A DNA stretch of 64,000 nt from an uncultured Acidobacteriota bacterium (GTDB lineage: Bacteria > Acidobacteriota > Thermoanaerobaculia > Multivoradales > UBA5704): contig CAVWNC010000004.1 of the NCBI GenBank assembly GCA_963756455.1, positions 824,074 to 888,073 of the forward strand, read 5' to 3'. Below, in pieces: positions 30,824-41,847 of the stretch. Both the position numbers and the translations under genes were made by a program. The notes below the pieces were generated by a model. The model was not told the origin of the DNA and did no database searches. It saw only the letters and a list, made by a program, of their open reading frames with translations. Numbering within the stretch: position 1 is the stretch's first letter; each line of letters opens with the position of its first letter.

Positions 30824-31166
30824 GAGTCCCCACCACCCCTGGTAGTAGAGGAGCTCCACGGGGTCCTGTGCGTCGCGAAGCTTTCGGGGGTACTCCCCGG
30901 CCCGGTAGGCCCGCACCCCAAAATCCTTCACCCCTTCACGCCGGAGGATCTCCAGGACCTGCCGGGCCATGGCCTCGGCCTGCTCCTGCGGCACCAGGTC
31001 GGACGGCCGGGCGTCGGGATTCTCCCGGAACTTGGCCGCGATCCGCCGGAAGCTCGCCGACGGATCGGACCAGACGGACCTCGTAGGCCCCCATCTCCAG
31101 CCAAGGGGAAATCGTCCTGGCGGGGGCGGCGGAGGGAGCGCTGAAGAGAGCCTGCTGACCGGGCAT
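30824..31166 (-). pseudogene. N-terminal fragment of DprA/SMF-like DNA-processing protein
   Basis: ISPWLEMGAYE, then frameshift, then FGVRAYRAGEYPRKLRDAQDPVELLYYQGWW; fused in frame to the sigma remnant. Confidence 0.65.
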
Positions 31167-31264
31167 ACGCGGCTCGATCCTATCCTGGAAGTGGATTCCT
31201 GAGGAGGACGGCTCCGGCGATGCCCTGGGCGGCTCGGGAGGGTCGACCCGCTGGCCCTCCGGGT

Positions 31265-31663
31265 TCACCGGCGAGCCCTCTCGCGCCCCTCCTCCCCCAG
31301 CGCCTCCTCCAACTCCCTGGCGATCTTCGCCACCTTCCCGGCCGACGAGCTCGCGAGGGCCGCGAGCCGCGCACCCCTACCCGGCGCGAGCCCGACTTCT
31401 TCCTCGGCGGCCTCTCCGGCCGCACGAAGGAAGTATCCGAGGTACGCCAGGTCGCGGGCGGCGGCCCGGAGCTTCCCCGTCGTCCAGGACCCTCTGCGCG
31501 GGATGCGGCGCTCGTAGGATTCGAGGGCATGGTCGAGCAGCATCCACGCGAGCCGTTTCAGGGCCTTGGCACTCTTGGGACGGAAGTGGAGCAGCATCGT
31601 CTCGCGAAAGCCTTCTTCGCGGTCCCAGTGGATGTCGTCAGACTGCCCTGGATCGTTCGTCAT
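31265..31663 (-). CDS. Hypothetical helical protein (132 aa)
   Basis: AGAAGGAG RBS; GC-biased codons. Confidence 0.6.
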   Translation of the reverse strand: MTNDPGQSDDIHWDREEGFRETMLLHFRPKSAKALKRLAWMLLDHALESYERRIPRRGSWTTGKLRAAARDLAYLGYFLRAAGEAAEEEVGLAPGRGARLAALASSSAGKVAKIARELEEALGEEGRERARR

Positions 31664-31800
31664 CCTGTGCTCCTTCTTTTCAAGCTACGGAGAAAGTTTC
31701 TCGGCTGTGGCTCTCTCGGCTCCCTCTCCTTTCCGTGTCCGCCGCGATGTCCCCAATCCCGGGGGGAAGGACATCGCAACGACACGGAAGGAGATCGAAC

Positions 31801-32400
31801 ATGAACCCCTGCCCCACCGCCGACCTGACCCTCACCTGCCGCACCGCCGACGCCCACCGCTTCGTGGAGCTCGGCCTCACTCCCGTCCGGGTCCGGGGAC
31901 CCCTGGCCGATCTTGAGCTCCCCCGCTTCGACCCGGCGCACTCGGCTCCCCTGCTCTCCGCCGGCCGCCACCAGGTCGCCGCCGACGGCGTGCCCTTCTA
32001 TGGCCACACCTCCCAGAGCCGGGACGGCGGTCCGGTCGTCTTCGCGGCGGACGGGACGAGCTACATCGAGGTGCCCGCGAGCCTGGACCTCCTCCCCACC
32101 GTCCGCCTCCGGATGCAGGCGTACCCGGACTCGTACGATCTCCTGCTCGGCCGCACCTACCTCCGCAACCTCGCCGCCACGGTCCTCGCCCTCCCGGATC
32201 CCAAGCCCTGGCTTCCCGTCCCGTCCCACGAGCTCGTGGCCCACATGGGCTGCGACTGCGGCGGTCGCGGCTGGTTCCTGGCCGAGGACGAGGACTCGGG
32301 CTTCTTCCAGATCGTCGCCTGCGACATCTGCCGGCAGTACGAGAGCGACGGGCTCGCCGGGCTCCTCGCCAATACCGCCATTGAGGCGGGCTGGCCGTAG
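31801..32400 (+). CDS. Hypothetical protein with C-terminal CxC..CxxC motif
   Basis: ATG 31801 after GGAAGGAG RBS; CDCGGRGW..ACDICRQY. Confidence 0.65.
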   Translation: MNPCPTADLTLTCRTADAHRFVELGLTPVRVRGPLADLELPRFDPAHSAPLLSAGRHQVAADGVPFYGHTSQSRDGGPVVFAADGTSYIEVPASLDLLPTVRLRMQAYPDSYDLLLGRTYLRNLAATVLALPDPKPWLPVPSHELVAHMGCDCGGRGWFLAEDEDSGFFQIVACDICRQYESDGLAGLLANTAIEAGWP

Positions 32401-32402
32401 GC

Positions 32403-33110
32403 TCACGGCTTCCGCATCTTTTCGCGCCCCAGCCGGAGCGCCGCGTCCGCGATCCGGGCCGCCGCGTGTCCGGCGGCGACGGTCCCCAGGCTCGTATGCC
32501 GTCCCTGGGGATCGATCATCCGCGCCCGGATCTGCCCCAGGAGGAACTCGATCGTCCGGATCTTTCCCCGGACCCCGAGCGCCGCTTCGAGCTTCCCTCT
32601 CGCCGCCCGGGTCGGGGTCTGCCCGCGCTCCTGGCGGGAGATCGCCGCCTCCGACACCCCCGAGGCCGCCGCCAGCTCGTCCTGCCGCCAGCCGCGCAGC
32701 AGCCGCAGGACGATCAGCAGAACCGACCACTCCAGGGGGGGCCGGCGCTCGCTCCCCTCCTCCGTCCGGCGGAGATCCTCGAAGCCCAGGGCGACCACAG
32801 CCTGGGTGATGTGGAGGGCGGCCGATGCCACGCCGTCGATCTCCCGGATCGCGTTTCGGTGATCGGGATCGACCATCGTCGCCCGGAGCAGCGTGAGAAA
32901 CATCTGGATCTCGTTCGTCCATCCGGCCACCCCAAGCGCTTCCTCCAGTTTTTCCCGGGAGCCGCTGATCCCGGAGACCGCCCCGACCTCCTGCTTGGAG
33001 ATCGCCGAGGTCGAGACTCCCGAGGCCGCCGACAGCTCCTCCTGACTCCAGCCCCGGAGGGTCCGCAGGAGGATGAGAAGAAGCGGCCATTCGAGATCCG
33101 TGGGTGGCAT
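32403..33110 (-). CDS. Tandem double XRE-family HTH protein
   Basis: Two internal copies of LEW..LLI.LR.LRGW.Q.EL.AASGVS..AIS.QE.G..KLE.ALGV. Confidence 0.85.
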   Translation of the reverse strand: MPPTDLEWPLLLILLRTLRGWSQEELSAASGVSTSAISKQEVGAVSGISGSREKLEEALGVAGWTNEIQMFLTLLRATMVDPDHRNAIREIDGVASAALHITQAVVALGFEDLRRTEEGSERRPPLEWSVLLIVLRLLRGWRQDELAAASGVSEAAISRQERGQTPTRAARGKLEAALGVRGKIRTIEFLLGQIRARMIDPQGRHTSLGTVAAGHAAARIADAALRLGREKMRKP

Positions 33111-33364
33111 GGTGGTCTCTTGAGACTCTGCAAGCCCCGGCCGGCGCTCTCAGAGAGTCCCACGACGCTCGCGGGAGATCCGGCGCCGGCCTCCCTTGGA
33201 GTATCTCCCGAAGCTTCCGTCCGAGCGCCGGAGACCCCTCCATCGCCTAGCTACTAGGCATCTCCTATCCACTTTCCGGAGTACGCTTGTTGAAACCACA
33301 TCTGAGGAGGCCGCCGGGCCGCCAGGGAGGCGTCTCCGGTCGAGCCGCCTGAAAGGAGCTTTCC

Positions 33365-33655
33365 ATGTCCCGCAGCTCTCGTCTCCTGGCCCTGCCTGTC
33401 CTCATCCTCCTGTCGGCCTCGCCCGCTCTCCCCCAGACCCGCCCCGGCGCGGCTCTCCCGCAGCAAGCCTCGTGGGGCGAGGCCTTGCGAGAGATCCTGC
33501 CGGACTTTCTGACTCGGTTGTGGGTACACGGGCAGGCGGGGCGACCGGTGGCCTCTTTTTCGGCCTCCCCGCGATCCCGATCCGCTGACCTGGGATGCAG
33601 CATCGACCCTTATGGAAAGTGTGTAGCGGCGACCCAGCAGACCGGCGGCCACTAA
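33365..33655 (+). CDS. Small secreted protein/peptide precursor with C-terminal GCSIDPYG motif
   Basis: AAAGGAG RBS; Sec-type signal MSRSSRLLALPVLILLSASPALP; convergent with the HTH-TPR gene. Confidence 0.7.
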   Translation: MSRSSRLLALPVLILLSASPALPQTRPGAALPQQASWGEALREILPDFLTRLWVHGQAGRPVASFSASPRSRSADLGCSIDPYGKCVAATQQTGGH

Positions 33656-33693
33656 CTAAGCCTGATCGGACCGGAGTCCCGAAGCTCCGGTCC

Positions 33694-35161
33694 TTATGCC
33701 GCCGGGTCGAAGCGCAGTTCCGGAGACCTTCGCGCCCGCTGCAGGTACTTGACGATCCGCATCACCAGCTCGACCGACGCCACTTCCTGCTCGGCCGCCT
33801 CCTGGAACAGTCGAAGCGCGCTCTGCGCCTGGGCATGGAGATCTTGGCTCGCAAAGATGGGAGCCGACTCCGCGGCGAGATTCTTCACCGCGCCGGTCCT
33901 CCCTTCTTCGAGGAAGATCCTCGCCAGCTCCAGCGAGACCGTAGCGGTATCGTAAGGATTCCCCCGGTCAAGGAATTCGGCTCGGACCGCCCAGAGGTGG
34001 TCGAGGGCCTCCGCCGGCCGGCCGCGCCCGGCGGCGATCCGACCCTGGAGCCACCGCAGGCGAATCTGGTCGCCCCCGGTGGCATACGTCAATCCCTCTT
34101 CCAGAAGCTCCGGCATCAGGCTCTCGGCTTCTTCATGGCGATCTAGATTGCAGAGGTTGACGAGTATGTTGAATCGGTTTGGAAAACCGAGATGCGGCGG
34201 AATAATCGCCGCCGCCTGTCGCAATACTGCGAGCGCCTGATCGTAGCTCTCCATCTCCTCCAGAATCTTGGCGTGGGTCAGGAGGAGATAGGGCCTCTCC
34301 TGGAACGTGGCATCGGCCAGGGCCTGGTGAATAAGCCGCAAGGCTTCCGGGAAGCGATCCTGGTGCATGCGGAGGGACGCTTCCATGCCCCAGACGCGGC
34401 CGGCATCGAGAACCTTGTAAGGATCGCCTCCCGCTCCGGCTGCCCAGAAGGCGATGGCTCGGGAGAACGCGGCGTCCGCCTGCTTCAGCTCTCCACCGGC
34501 CCGGTGGACGTTTCCGATGTGCGCCCAGGCGAAGCCCTCCAAGCGCTGGCGAAAACGCTCGTCTCCCGGCACTACCTCGGCCACCACCCGCGCGGCCTCC
34601 GCGAGCTCGGCCGCCCGCTCCGGGTCGCGCGCGATCACCTTCAGGCTCTCGTCGGCCAGCCACTCCGCCACCGACCATAGGTGGCAACCGGGATCCTCGC
34701 GCACGAACGCCACCAGGTTCTCCCGTCCGCGTAGGTAGAACCCGATCTCGCTCGCGATCGCCCGCTCCCTGGCGGCCTCCGCGTCCGCCCAGTCCTGCAG
34801 GATCCAGTCGCTGAAGCCATCTCGGGCGACCCGGCCCATCTCATCCCCAAACTCCCGGGCCGAGCGCATCCGGGCGGCAGAAACGAGGATCGGCCCCACC
34901 CAGACATCCAAGGTCGACCCTTCCCGCCCCACCCCCTCCGCCAAGGCCAACACTTCTTCCAGGAGGAGCCTTGCTCACTCCCAGAGCGGAGGCGAGCCGC
35001 TCCAGGACCGGCAGGCTGGGCTCATGCTTGCCCCGTTCGTAGGCTTCGATCGTCGATTCCTTCATCCTGGCGGCTTTCGCGAGGTCTTTTCGTTCCACCC
35101 CGAGAAGAGTCCGCAGAAAAAAAAGAACCGCGCTCCGTACGGGTCGCTTGGTCCGTGCCAT
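33694..35161 (-). CDS. XRE-HTH + TPR regulator (frameshift near 34968)
   Basis: LRTLLG..DLAKAAR..TIEAYERGKHEPS..LERLASALGV, then TPR-like helices AWAHIGNVHRAGGEL, RLRWLQGRIAAG, YDTATVSLELA. Confidence 0.8.
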
Positions 35162-35281
35162 CGGCCTATTTTCGCCTCCCTTTTCTTGGGTCCCCATTGG
35201 ACCATCTCCATTTTCCGGAGTCAACTTGCACATTCTTTGCGCTTTTGTCCAGAGACTGGACGACACCCTCGCCACAGAGCC

Positions 35282-35308
35282 TCCAGAGGGGACAAGTCCC
35301 CCCCTGGA
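35282..35308 (-). other. GC-rich hairpin 3' of the last variable region (terminator or DGR target hairpin)
   Basis: TCCAGAGGGGAC-AA-GTCCCCCCCTGGA, 50 nt past the stop, after CTCTG repeats. Confidence 0.55.
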
Positions 35309-35357
35309 CTCCCCCTTTCAGAGACCCGGAGAAAACAGAGTCCAGAGCTTTCAGAGA

Positions 35358-35480
35358 TCAGAGCGGGAATGGGGAAAGCACAACCCGAAACCCTATGTAG
35401 TCGCGCCGGTAGTTCGGGAAGCTCCAGCCGCGGGCGGCGCAGCGGACGTTCCTCGCAGCGTCGTCGAACGCCCCGCCGCG
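35358..35480 (-). repeat. DGR-type variable region VR-a
   Basis: 123 nt colinear with the other two copies; NNC codon variation. Confidence 0.8.
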
Positions 35481-38400
35481 AACTATGCGTAGAACTTGCG
35501 CCGATGCTTTCAAAACTTCGCGACCATCTCCGGCTGCGTAGGGATAGCCCTCCTCGACGCTCCGCGTCCACTCCCAAACGTTCCCGCTCATCTCCTCGCA
35601 GCCGAAGGGGCTCGCTCCACCACCGAAGCTGCCCACCGAACTCGGTTCGAGGAGACCCGTTCTGTCGAAGTTCGCCCGATTCGGATCCGCCTTCACTCCC
35701 CAGGAGAAAATCCTTCCATCTGTGCCTCGTGCGCCTTTCTCCCACTCCGCCTCCGACGGCAGGCATACCCTCAGATTTCCTGCAGCCAGACCAGGCCAGG
35801 GCCCACCCCCCCCATTCCTACTCCCTTCCCCCAACTCGCGTAGCCGCTCGCCCAGCCACCCGCAGTACGCCAACGCGTCGAACCACGGGACCGACGTAAC
35901 CGGATGGTTCGACGGACCCTCCAACTCGCTCACCTCTAACGGCTCATAGCCGGACTCCTTCACGAACAAACGGTACTGCGCCACCGTGACCGGGTAACGA
36001 GCCAACCAATATCTCGGCAATGTCACCTCGTGCCTGGGCCTTTCCTCCTCAGCTGACGAGGGGTCGACCTTCCTATCGCTCCCCATTAGAAAAGGCAACC
36101 TGCCGGAACCTCCACAAACCCGAGGAACGGCTCCGCCGGCAGATACCACCTCGCCGCATCGAACCGCGGATCTCCCAGAACCGCGAGCGACTTGCCCGCC
36201 GCCGCCCGCTCCCGCGCCGGAAAGCTCTCGGAACGGAGCAGGTGCAGCTGCCACCGCCGAACCCGCTCGAGCTTCGGCTCGTCCTCCTCGTCCAGCTGCG
36301 CCAAGTTGGCCGACTCCGTAAGCGCCTGCCCTGCGAGCAGAGCCCCCCAATCGTCCGCCGCACCGGTCCCCGCACCCCCCGGCTCCCGGAAGCAGAGAGC
36401 GTCCGCCAGTTGCCACACGCTCGACTCCGCGCCCCGCGCCGCCTTGGCACCCGCTAGGAGCACCGCCTCCCGCCAACGCCCCGGGTCTTCCCGGCCCAGA
36501 CGCGCCGCGCCCTTCGGAAAGTTGCGAGACGTCAGATGGCACGCCGCCAGGTACTCCTGAAACGTCCGGTGCGGGAATGTGTAGACCCCTTCTCCCCGCT
36601 CGACCAGGAGCCCTGCCCGATCGCGCAGGTAGTCCATCAGCTGCCGGAAGTCCGCGTCGGGATTCCGGCTGAGGCGGAGCAGCCGACCGACCAGCTTCCC
36701 CTCCTCCACATCCGCCGTGTCCTCCAGCCCCAACTGCGCGCTGTGGGCCTCAAAGGCCGCCGCATCGAGCGCCTGCCGGACCTCCTCACGGTCGACCTTC
36801 AGCCACTCGGCCAGGCTCGCCGGAGCCAGCACCGGAGCCCCCGACTCGTCGACTTCCAGCCGCCGCCGCTCCCAGGTGTTCAGGAGCAGCTCGACCGTCT
36901 CCGCGTAGAGTTGCTCCCGCCGCTCCGGCAGGATCCCGCTCTTCCAGGCGTGGAGGCTCGCCATCAGGGTCAGGAGGAGCGGCCGCTCCGCCAAGCTGAG
37001 CAGGCGGTCGCTCGCGAAGATCGCCCGCCGCAGACGCTCCGCTCTCCCCCGCGCCTCCGCCTCCGGGAGCCTTCCCTGGGCTGCCATCTGGGCGTACCAA
37101 AGACCGACGAAGCGATCGATCTGCCCGCGGCTGAACGGCGCCAGGACCGCCTCCTCGAAGCCCCGCACCCACCACTCCGGCTTCTGGTAGGCGTAGGTCC
37201 GGCTCGTCAGCACCACCCGGCTCGTTCCCAGGCTGCCCGCGAAGGCCTCGATCGCCTGGCGGATCTGCGGTCGCCGCAGCTCCGCCTCCGGCACCTCGTC
37301 AAGGCCGTCCAGGAGCACCAACCCGTGCCCTTCGAGCAGCTCCTTCCGCACCTCGGGGTACACCTCCGACAACCCGGCCCGCGTGAGCTCTCGCTCGAGG
37401 AACCTCCAGAGATCCTCCGCCGCCGCACACTGCCCCGGCGGAGGCAGCCCCCGGACCGCGAAGTCCCGCAGGACCACCCGCACCGGGAACAATGGGCCAT
37501 GGTTCCAGGGCTGGGGCTCCTCACCCTCCTGTCTATCCTCGCCGGGCAAGGGCGAGGTCAGGAGCTGGAGGTTCGCCTCGTTCCAACCCAGGAGCTCCCC
37601 CGCCATCGACAGGGCCAAGAAGTTCACAAAGGTGCTCTTGCCGCTCCCGGGTTCGCCCAGGAGCACCAAGCGAGGATGCCGGTTGAGCTGCTCCAGAGCG
37701 GAGAACGGGCGGTTCTCCCGGCCGACTCGGAGGGCCTCTCCCGGCTCGCCGCGCTCGCGCGCCGAGCGCGTCAGGAGAGCGGTGTAGATCGCGTGCAGGC
37801 GGAGCCGCGCCTGCCGATCCGTGGCGAGAGCCGGATCGACTCCGGTCAGGTCCAGGAACCCGGTCTCGTCGACCACCTGGCGCAGGTAAGCCTCCCGCAG
37901 CGAGCTCCGACTCGGACCGGCTGACGCCGGCGCCGCCTGCGTGATGGTGACGTTTCCGCCCGCGGCGATCCCGCCCGCTCCGGCGGCCACGGCGCCGGCC
38001 CCGTTCGCCGCCGCGCCGTCGCCCCGCACCTGGACCCGAATAGTCTCTCTCTGGATTCGGAGCCCGGCCAGCACCGCTTCCGCCTGCTCGGGAGGCAGAG
38101 ACGCCCGCAACACCGCCTCGTTCGCGAGAGCTGCCTCGACCTGGGCCAGCATCTGGCCCAGGTCTTCCCGCTCCGGGACCTCAGCCACGGTCCCGAGGAG
38201 CCTCCCGGCATTCCCGGCCACGGTGTGCCGATTACGACGTCCCCTCCGGCCGCGATCCCATTCTTGCCGGCCGCCACCGCTCCGTCCCCCTGGGCGATCG
38301 CTCCGCCCCCCTCCACCTGCGCCCAATTGGCGCGCGGGCCGGCCGCCTTCAGGAGCTCCGCGATCTCGCTCGCGAAGCCCGGATTCGCGGTGAGGATGTC

Positions 38401-38659
38401 TTCGAGATGGAGCTCGACCGCCCCCTGCGCCCGCGAATCCTGGGGCCGTCTCGCCAGGCACCTCGACTGCTCCCTTCGCCCCTTCCTGCGCCGCGACCTG
38501 GGGGCTGACCTTCCCCCAGAGCTTCTTGGCCTTCTCCCATACCCCCTCGCCAAATTTCTTGGCTGCCTCCTTGCCCACTTCCTCGCCGGCCTTTTGCAGG
38601 TACGGGAGGAAGGGAGTCAGGTACAAGACCAGATCGTGCGCGAGCGTCGCAATGTCCAT
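35358..38659 (-). CDS. NLR-like protein 3: helical N-domain, two amyloid-like motifs, NACHT, FGE/CLec (frameshifts near 38459, 38220 and 36098; may be two genes)
   Basis: GEPGSGKST, LLDGLDEV, RPLLLTLMA, FPHRTFQEYLAA, LPSEAEWEKGARG, MSGNVWEW, GFRVV. Confidence 0.85.
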
Positions 38660-38679
38660 CGGCGGTCTCCTTTCAGAGT

Positions 38680-38802
38680 TCAGAGCGGAAATGGGGAAAG
38701 CACAACCCGAAAGCCTAAGTAGTCGCTCCGGACGAACGGGTTACGCCAGTCTCGGAAGGCGCAGCGACCTTTCCTCCTGTTGTAATAGAACGCCCCGCCG
38801 CG
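38680..38802 (-). repeat. DGR-type variable region VR-b
   Basis: 123 nt; RGGAFYYNRRKGRCAFRDWRNPFVRSDYLGFRVVLSPFPL. Confidence 0.75.
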
Positions 38803-41695
38803 AGCCACGCGGAGGCCTTGTGCTGATGCCTCTAAATCTTCGCGACCATCTCCGGCTACGTAGGGATAATTCTTCCTGACGCTCCGCGTCCATTCCAGAA
38901 CGTTTCCGCTCATTTCTTCGCAACCGAAAGGGCTGGAGCCGCCGGGGAAGCACCCGACGCTGCTCGGTTCCCCCATCCCCGTGTCAGCAAAGCTGGCTCG
39001 GTTCGGGTCCACCTCGCTGCCCCAAGGAAAGATTCGGCTTTCCAAGCCACGCGCAGCCTTTTCCCACTCCGCCTCCGACGGCAGGACCGCCCGTAACCTC
39101 CCCGACGCCAATTCCTCCCAGAATTCGTCCCCTTGCCCTCGCCTCTCAACCGCCAACTCCCGCAGCCGCTCCCCCAGCCAACCGCAATACGCCAGCGCAT
39201 CCTCCCAGCTCACCCAGACCACTGGAGCGTTCGAAGCACCCTCCAGACTCCGCGCATCGCCCACCTTTCCGCCGCTCGCCGCGACGAAAGCCCGGTACTG
39301 CCCCACCGTCACCGGAAATTTCGCCATCCAGTACCCCGGCAGCCGCACCTTACGTCGCGGCGACTCGTTGCTGTGAGCGCCTGGATCGTCCTTCCGGTCG
39401 TTTCCCATCGGGAACGCCCCCTCCGGCACCTCCACGAACCCCAAGGTCTCATCCTCCGGCAGAAACCAATGCTTCTCGTCGAAGCGAGTGTCCCCCAGCT
39501 TCGCCAGTGCCTTACCCGCCTCCCCTCGCTCCCGGGCGGGGAAATGCTCGGCCTGCAGCAGGTGCAACATCCACTCCCGCAGCCTCTCGAGCTTCGCCAC
39601 GTTCGCCTTCCCTACCCGATCCAGATCGGCCGATTCGGCGACCACCTGGGCGGCGAGGAGCGCTCCCCATTCGTCTTCCGGCTCAGCCCTCCCCTCGCCG
39701 GGCGGCGGACCCGCGCACATCGCCTCCGCCAGGTACCAGACCACCCCCCTCCCCATCTTGGCTCCCACCAAGAGAACTACCTCCCGCCAGCGGTCCGGGT
39801 CCTCCCGGCCCAGCCTCGCCACCTCGTCGGGGTAGGTGTCGGCGCCGGTCAGGTAACAAGCCGCCAGGTACTCCTGAAACGTCCGGTGCGGGAATGCGTA
39901 CCTCCCGCGGCCGCGCGCCAGGAGCAGTCCAGAACGATTCTCAAGATAGGACAGCAGTTGCCCCGTATCGACCTTCCCCCTCGTCTCGCCGCCCGCCGGG
40001 CTGCGGAGAGCAAGGAGCCGTTCGACCAGCCTCCACCCGGGCACGTCCGCGGTTCCCACTCGCTCGGCCTGCCCCTGATGGGCCTCGAAAGCCAGCTCCT
40101 CGAGGGCCTTCCGGACCTCGCTCCGGTCGACCTTCAGCCAGGCGGCGAGGCTCGGCTCCGTGACCACCAGCTCGCCCTTGCGGCCCAGCCGGGCGCGCTG
40201 CTTCTCCCAAACGTGGAGCAGCAGCTCGACCGCCTCCTCGTACAGCTGCTCCCGACGTTCCGGCAGGTCGCCGCCCCGCAGAGCATGGAGGCTCGCCATC
40301 AGGGTGAGGAGGAGCGGCCGCTCGGCGAGACCCAGCAGACGGTCGCTCGCGAAGATCGCCCGCCGCAGGAGCGCGCCGCGGCCTTGCGCCAGATCTTCCG
40401 GCATCCTCCCCAGGGCCACCTGATGCTCGTACCAGAGCTCCACGAACCGCCCGATTTGGGCCGGGCGGAACGGCGCAAGAATCGCCACCTCGAAGCCCGG
40501 CAAGCGGGCGCCCGGATCCTGGTACGCGTAGGTGCGGCCGGTCACCAGCACTCGGCTCTCCCCGATTCCCATGGCGAAGTCGGCGACCGCCTCGCGCACC
40601 TGCAGGCGGCGGTCGTCCGACTCGGGGACCTCGTCGAGGCCGTCGAGCAGCACCAGAGCGCGACCGGCGATGAGCCTCCCGCTGGAGGATCGGAAAGAAT
40701 CCGCCATGCCCGGCTTTCTCCAGATCTTTCTCAAGAAACTCCCAAAGGCGGCTGGCCGTCGCCGGCTCTCCGGGCTCTCCCAGAACTCCCGTGCTGGCGA
40801 AGTCCTGCAGCACCACCCGCACCGGCAGGAGCCGGCCGCGGCTCCAGGGTTGGGGCTTTTTCTCGCCGTCCTCCTCCCCCTCCGGCAGGGGAGCCCGAAG
40901 CTTCTCCAGGTTGGCGTCCGCCCGCCCCAGCCCCTCCCCGGCCAGGCAGAGCGCCACATAGCTGACGAAGGTGCTCTTCCCGCTCCCCGGGTCGCCCAGA
41001 AGGACCAGCTTGCGGTGCCGGTCCAGTTGCTCCAGGGCCGAGACCGCCACCCGCTCCTCGGCCCTCGTCTCCCGGTCCTTCCCCGGCTCGAACCGGGCCG
41101 AGAGGGTCAACAGCGCGGTGTACACCCCGGGAAGCTTCAGCCGCGGGTCCTCGTGGCGATCGGCGATCTCGCGATCGAGGACCGAGAGTGGCAGGATTTC
41201 GGTCTGCTCGATCACCCGCCCGAGATAGGCCCGCCACAGGACGTCCTCGCCGGGACCGAAATCGGCGACGCCTCCATGGAGATGAAGGTTCACGTCCCGG
41301 CCGGCCCCGATCCCGTCCGTCACCGCAACCGAATGATCGCCGAGCGCCATCGCCCCCGGGATCTCGCCGAGCCGCCTCTCGACATCCTCCGCGAGGCTCA
41401 AGTCGGCCGCGAGGATCTCCTGGAGATGCCGTTGCCAATCGTCTCGTGCCGGACCCGTCTCCGGTCCCAGGGCCGCTGCTCTCGCGGCCTGGATCGCTTC
41501 GGCCTGCCCTTCTACATTCTGCCGCAATCGGTTCCAGAGGCTCTGGAGCCCCTCGGGAAGGGGAGGACGACGACCGGCCGGTTGGCCGGCCTCTCCCATC
41601 GTCTGTCCTGTCCCCTCGACGTTCCCTTGGACCAGTTCCGGCAGTACCGGCGCGAGCGCCGCCGCCAGGGCCTCCGCGATCCGACCGATCTCCAA
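38680..41695 (-). CDS. NLR-like protein 2: helical N-domain, NACHT, FGE/CLec (frameshift near 40675)
   Basis: TTG start after AAAAGGAG; GDPGSGKST; LLDGLDEV; FPHRTFQEYLAA; LPSEAEWEKAARG; GFRVVLSPFPL. Confidence 0.85.
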
Positions 41696-41724
41696 GGCTG
41701 CTCTCCTTTTGCGCGTGTCAGAGA

Positions 41725-41847
41725 TCAGAGCGGGAACGGGGAAAGCACAACCCGAAATCCTACGGAGACGAGCCGGCCGTCCGGGAAGTGCCAGTTGCGG
41801 GCGGCGCAGCGGACGTACCTCGAGGTGAAGTCGAACGCCCCGCCGCG
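41725..41847 (-). repeat. DGR-type variable region VR-c
   Basis: 123 nt; RGGAFDFTSRYVRCAARNWHFPDGRLVSVGFRVVLSPFPL. Confidence 0.8.
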
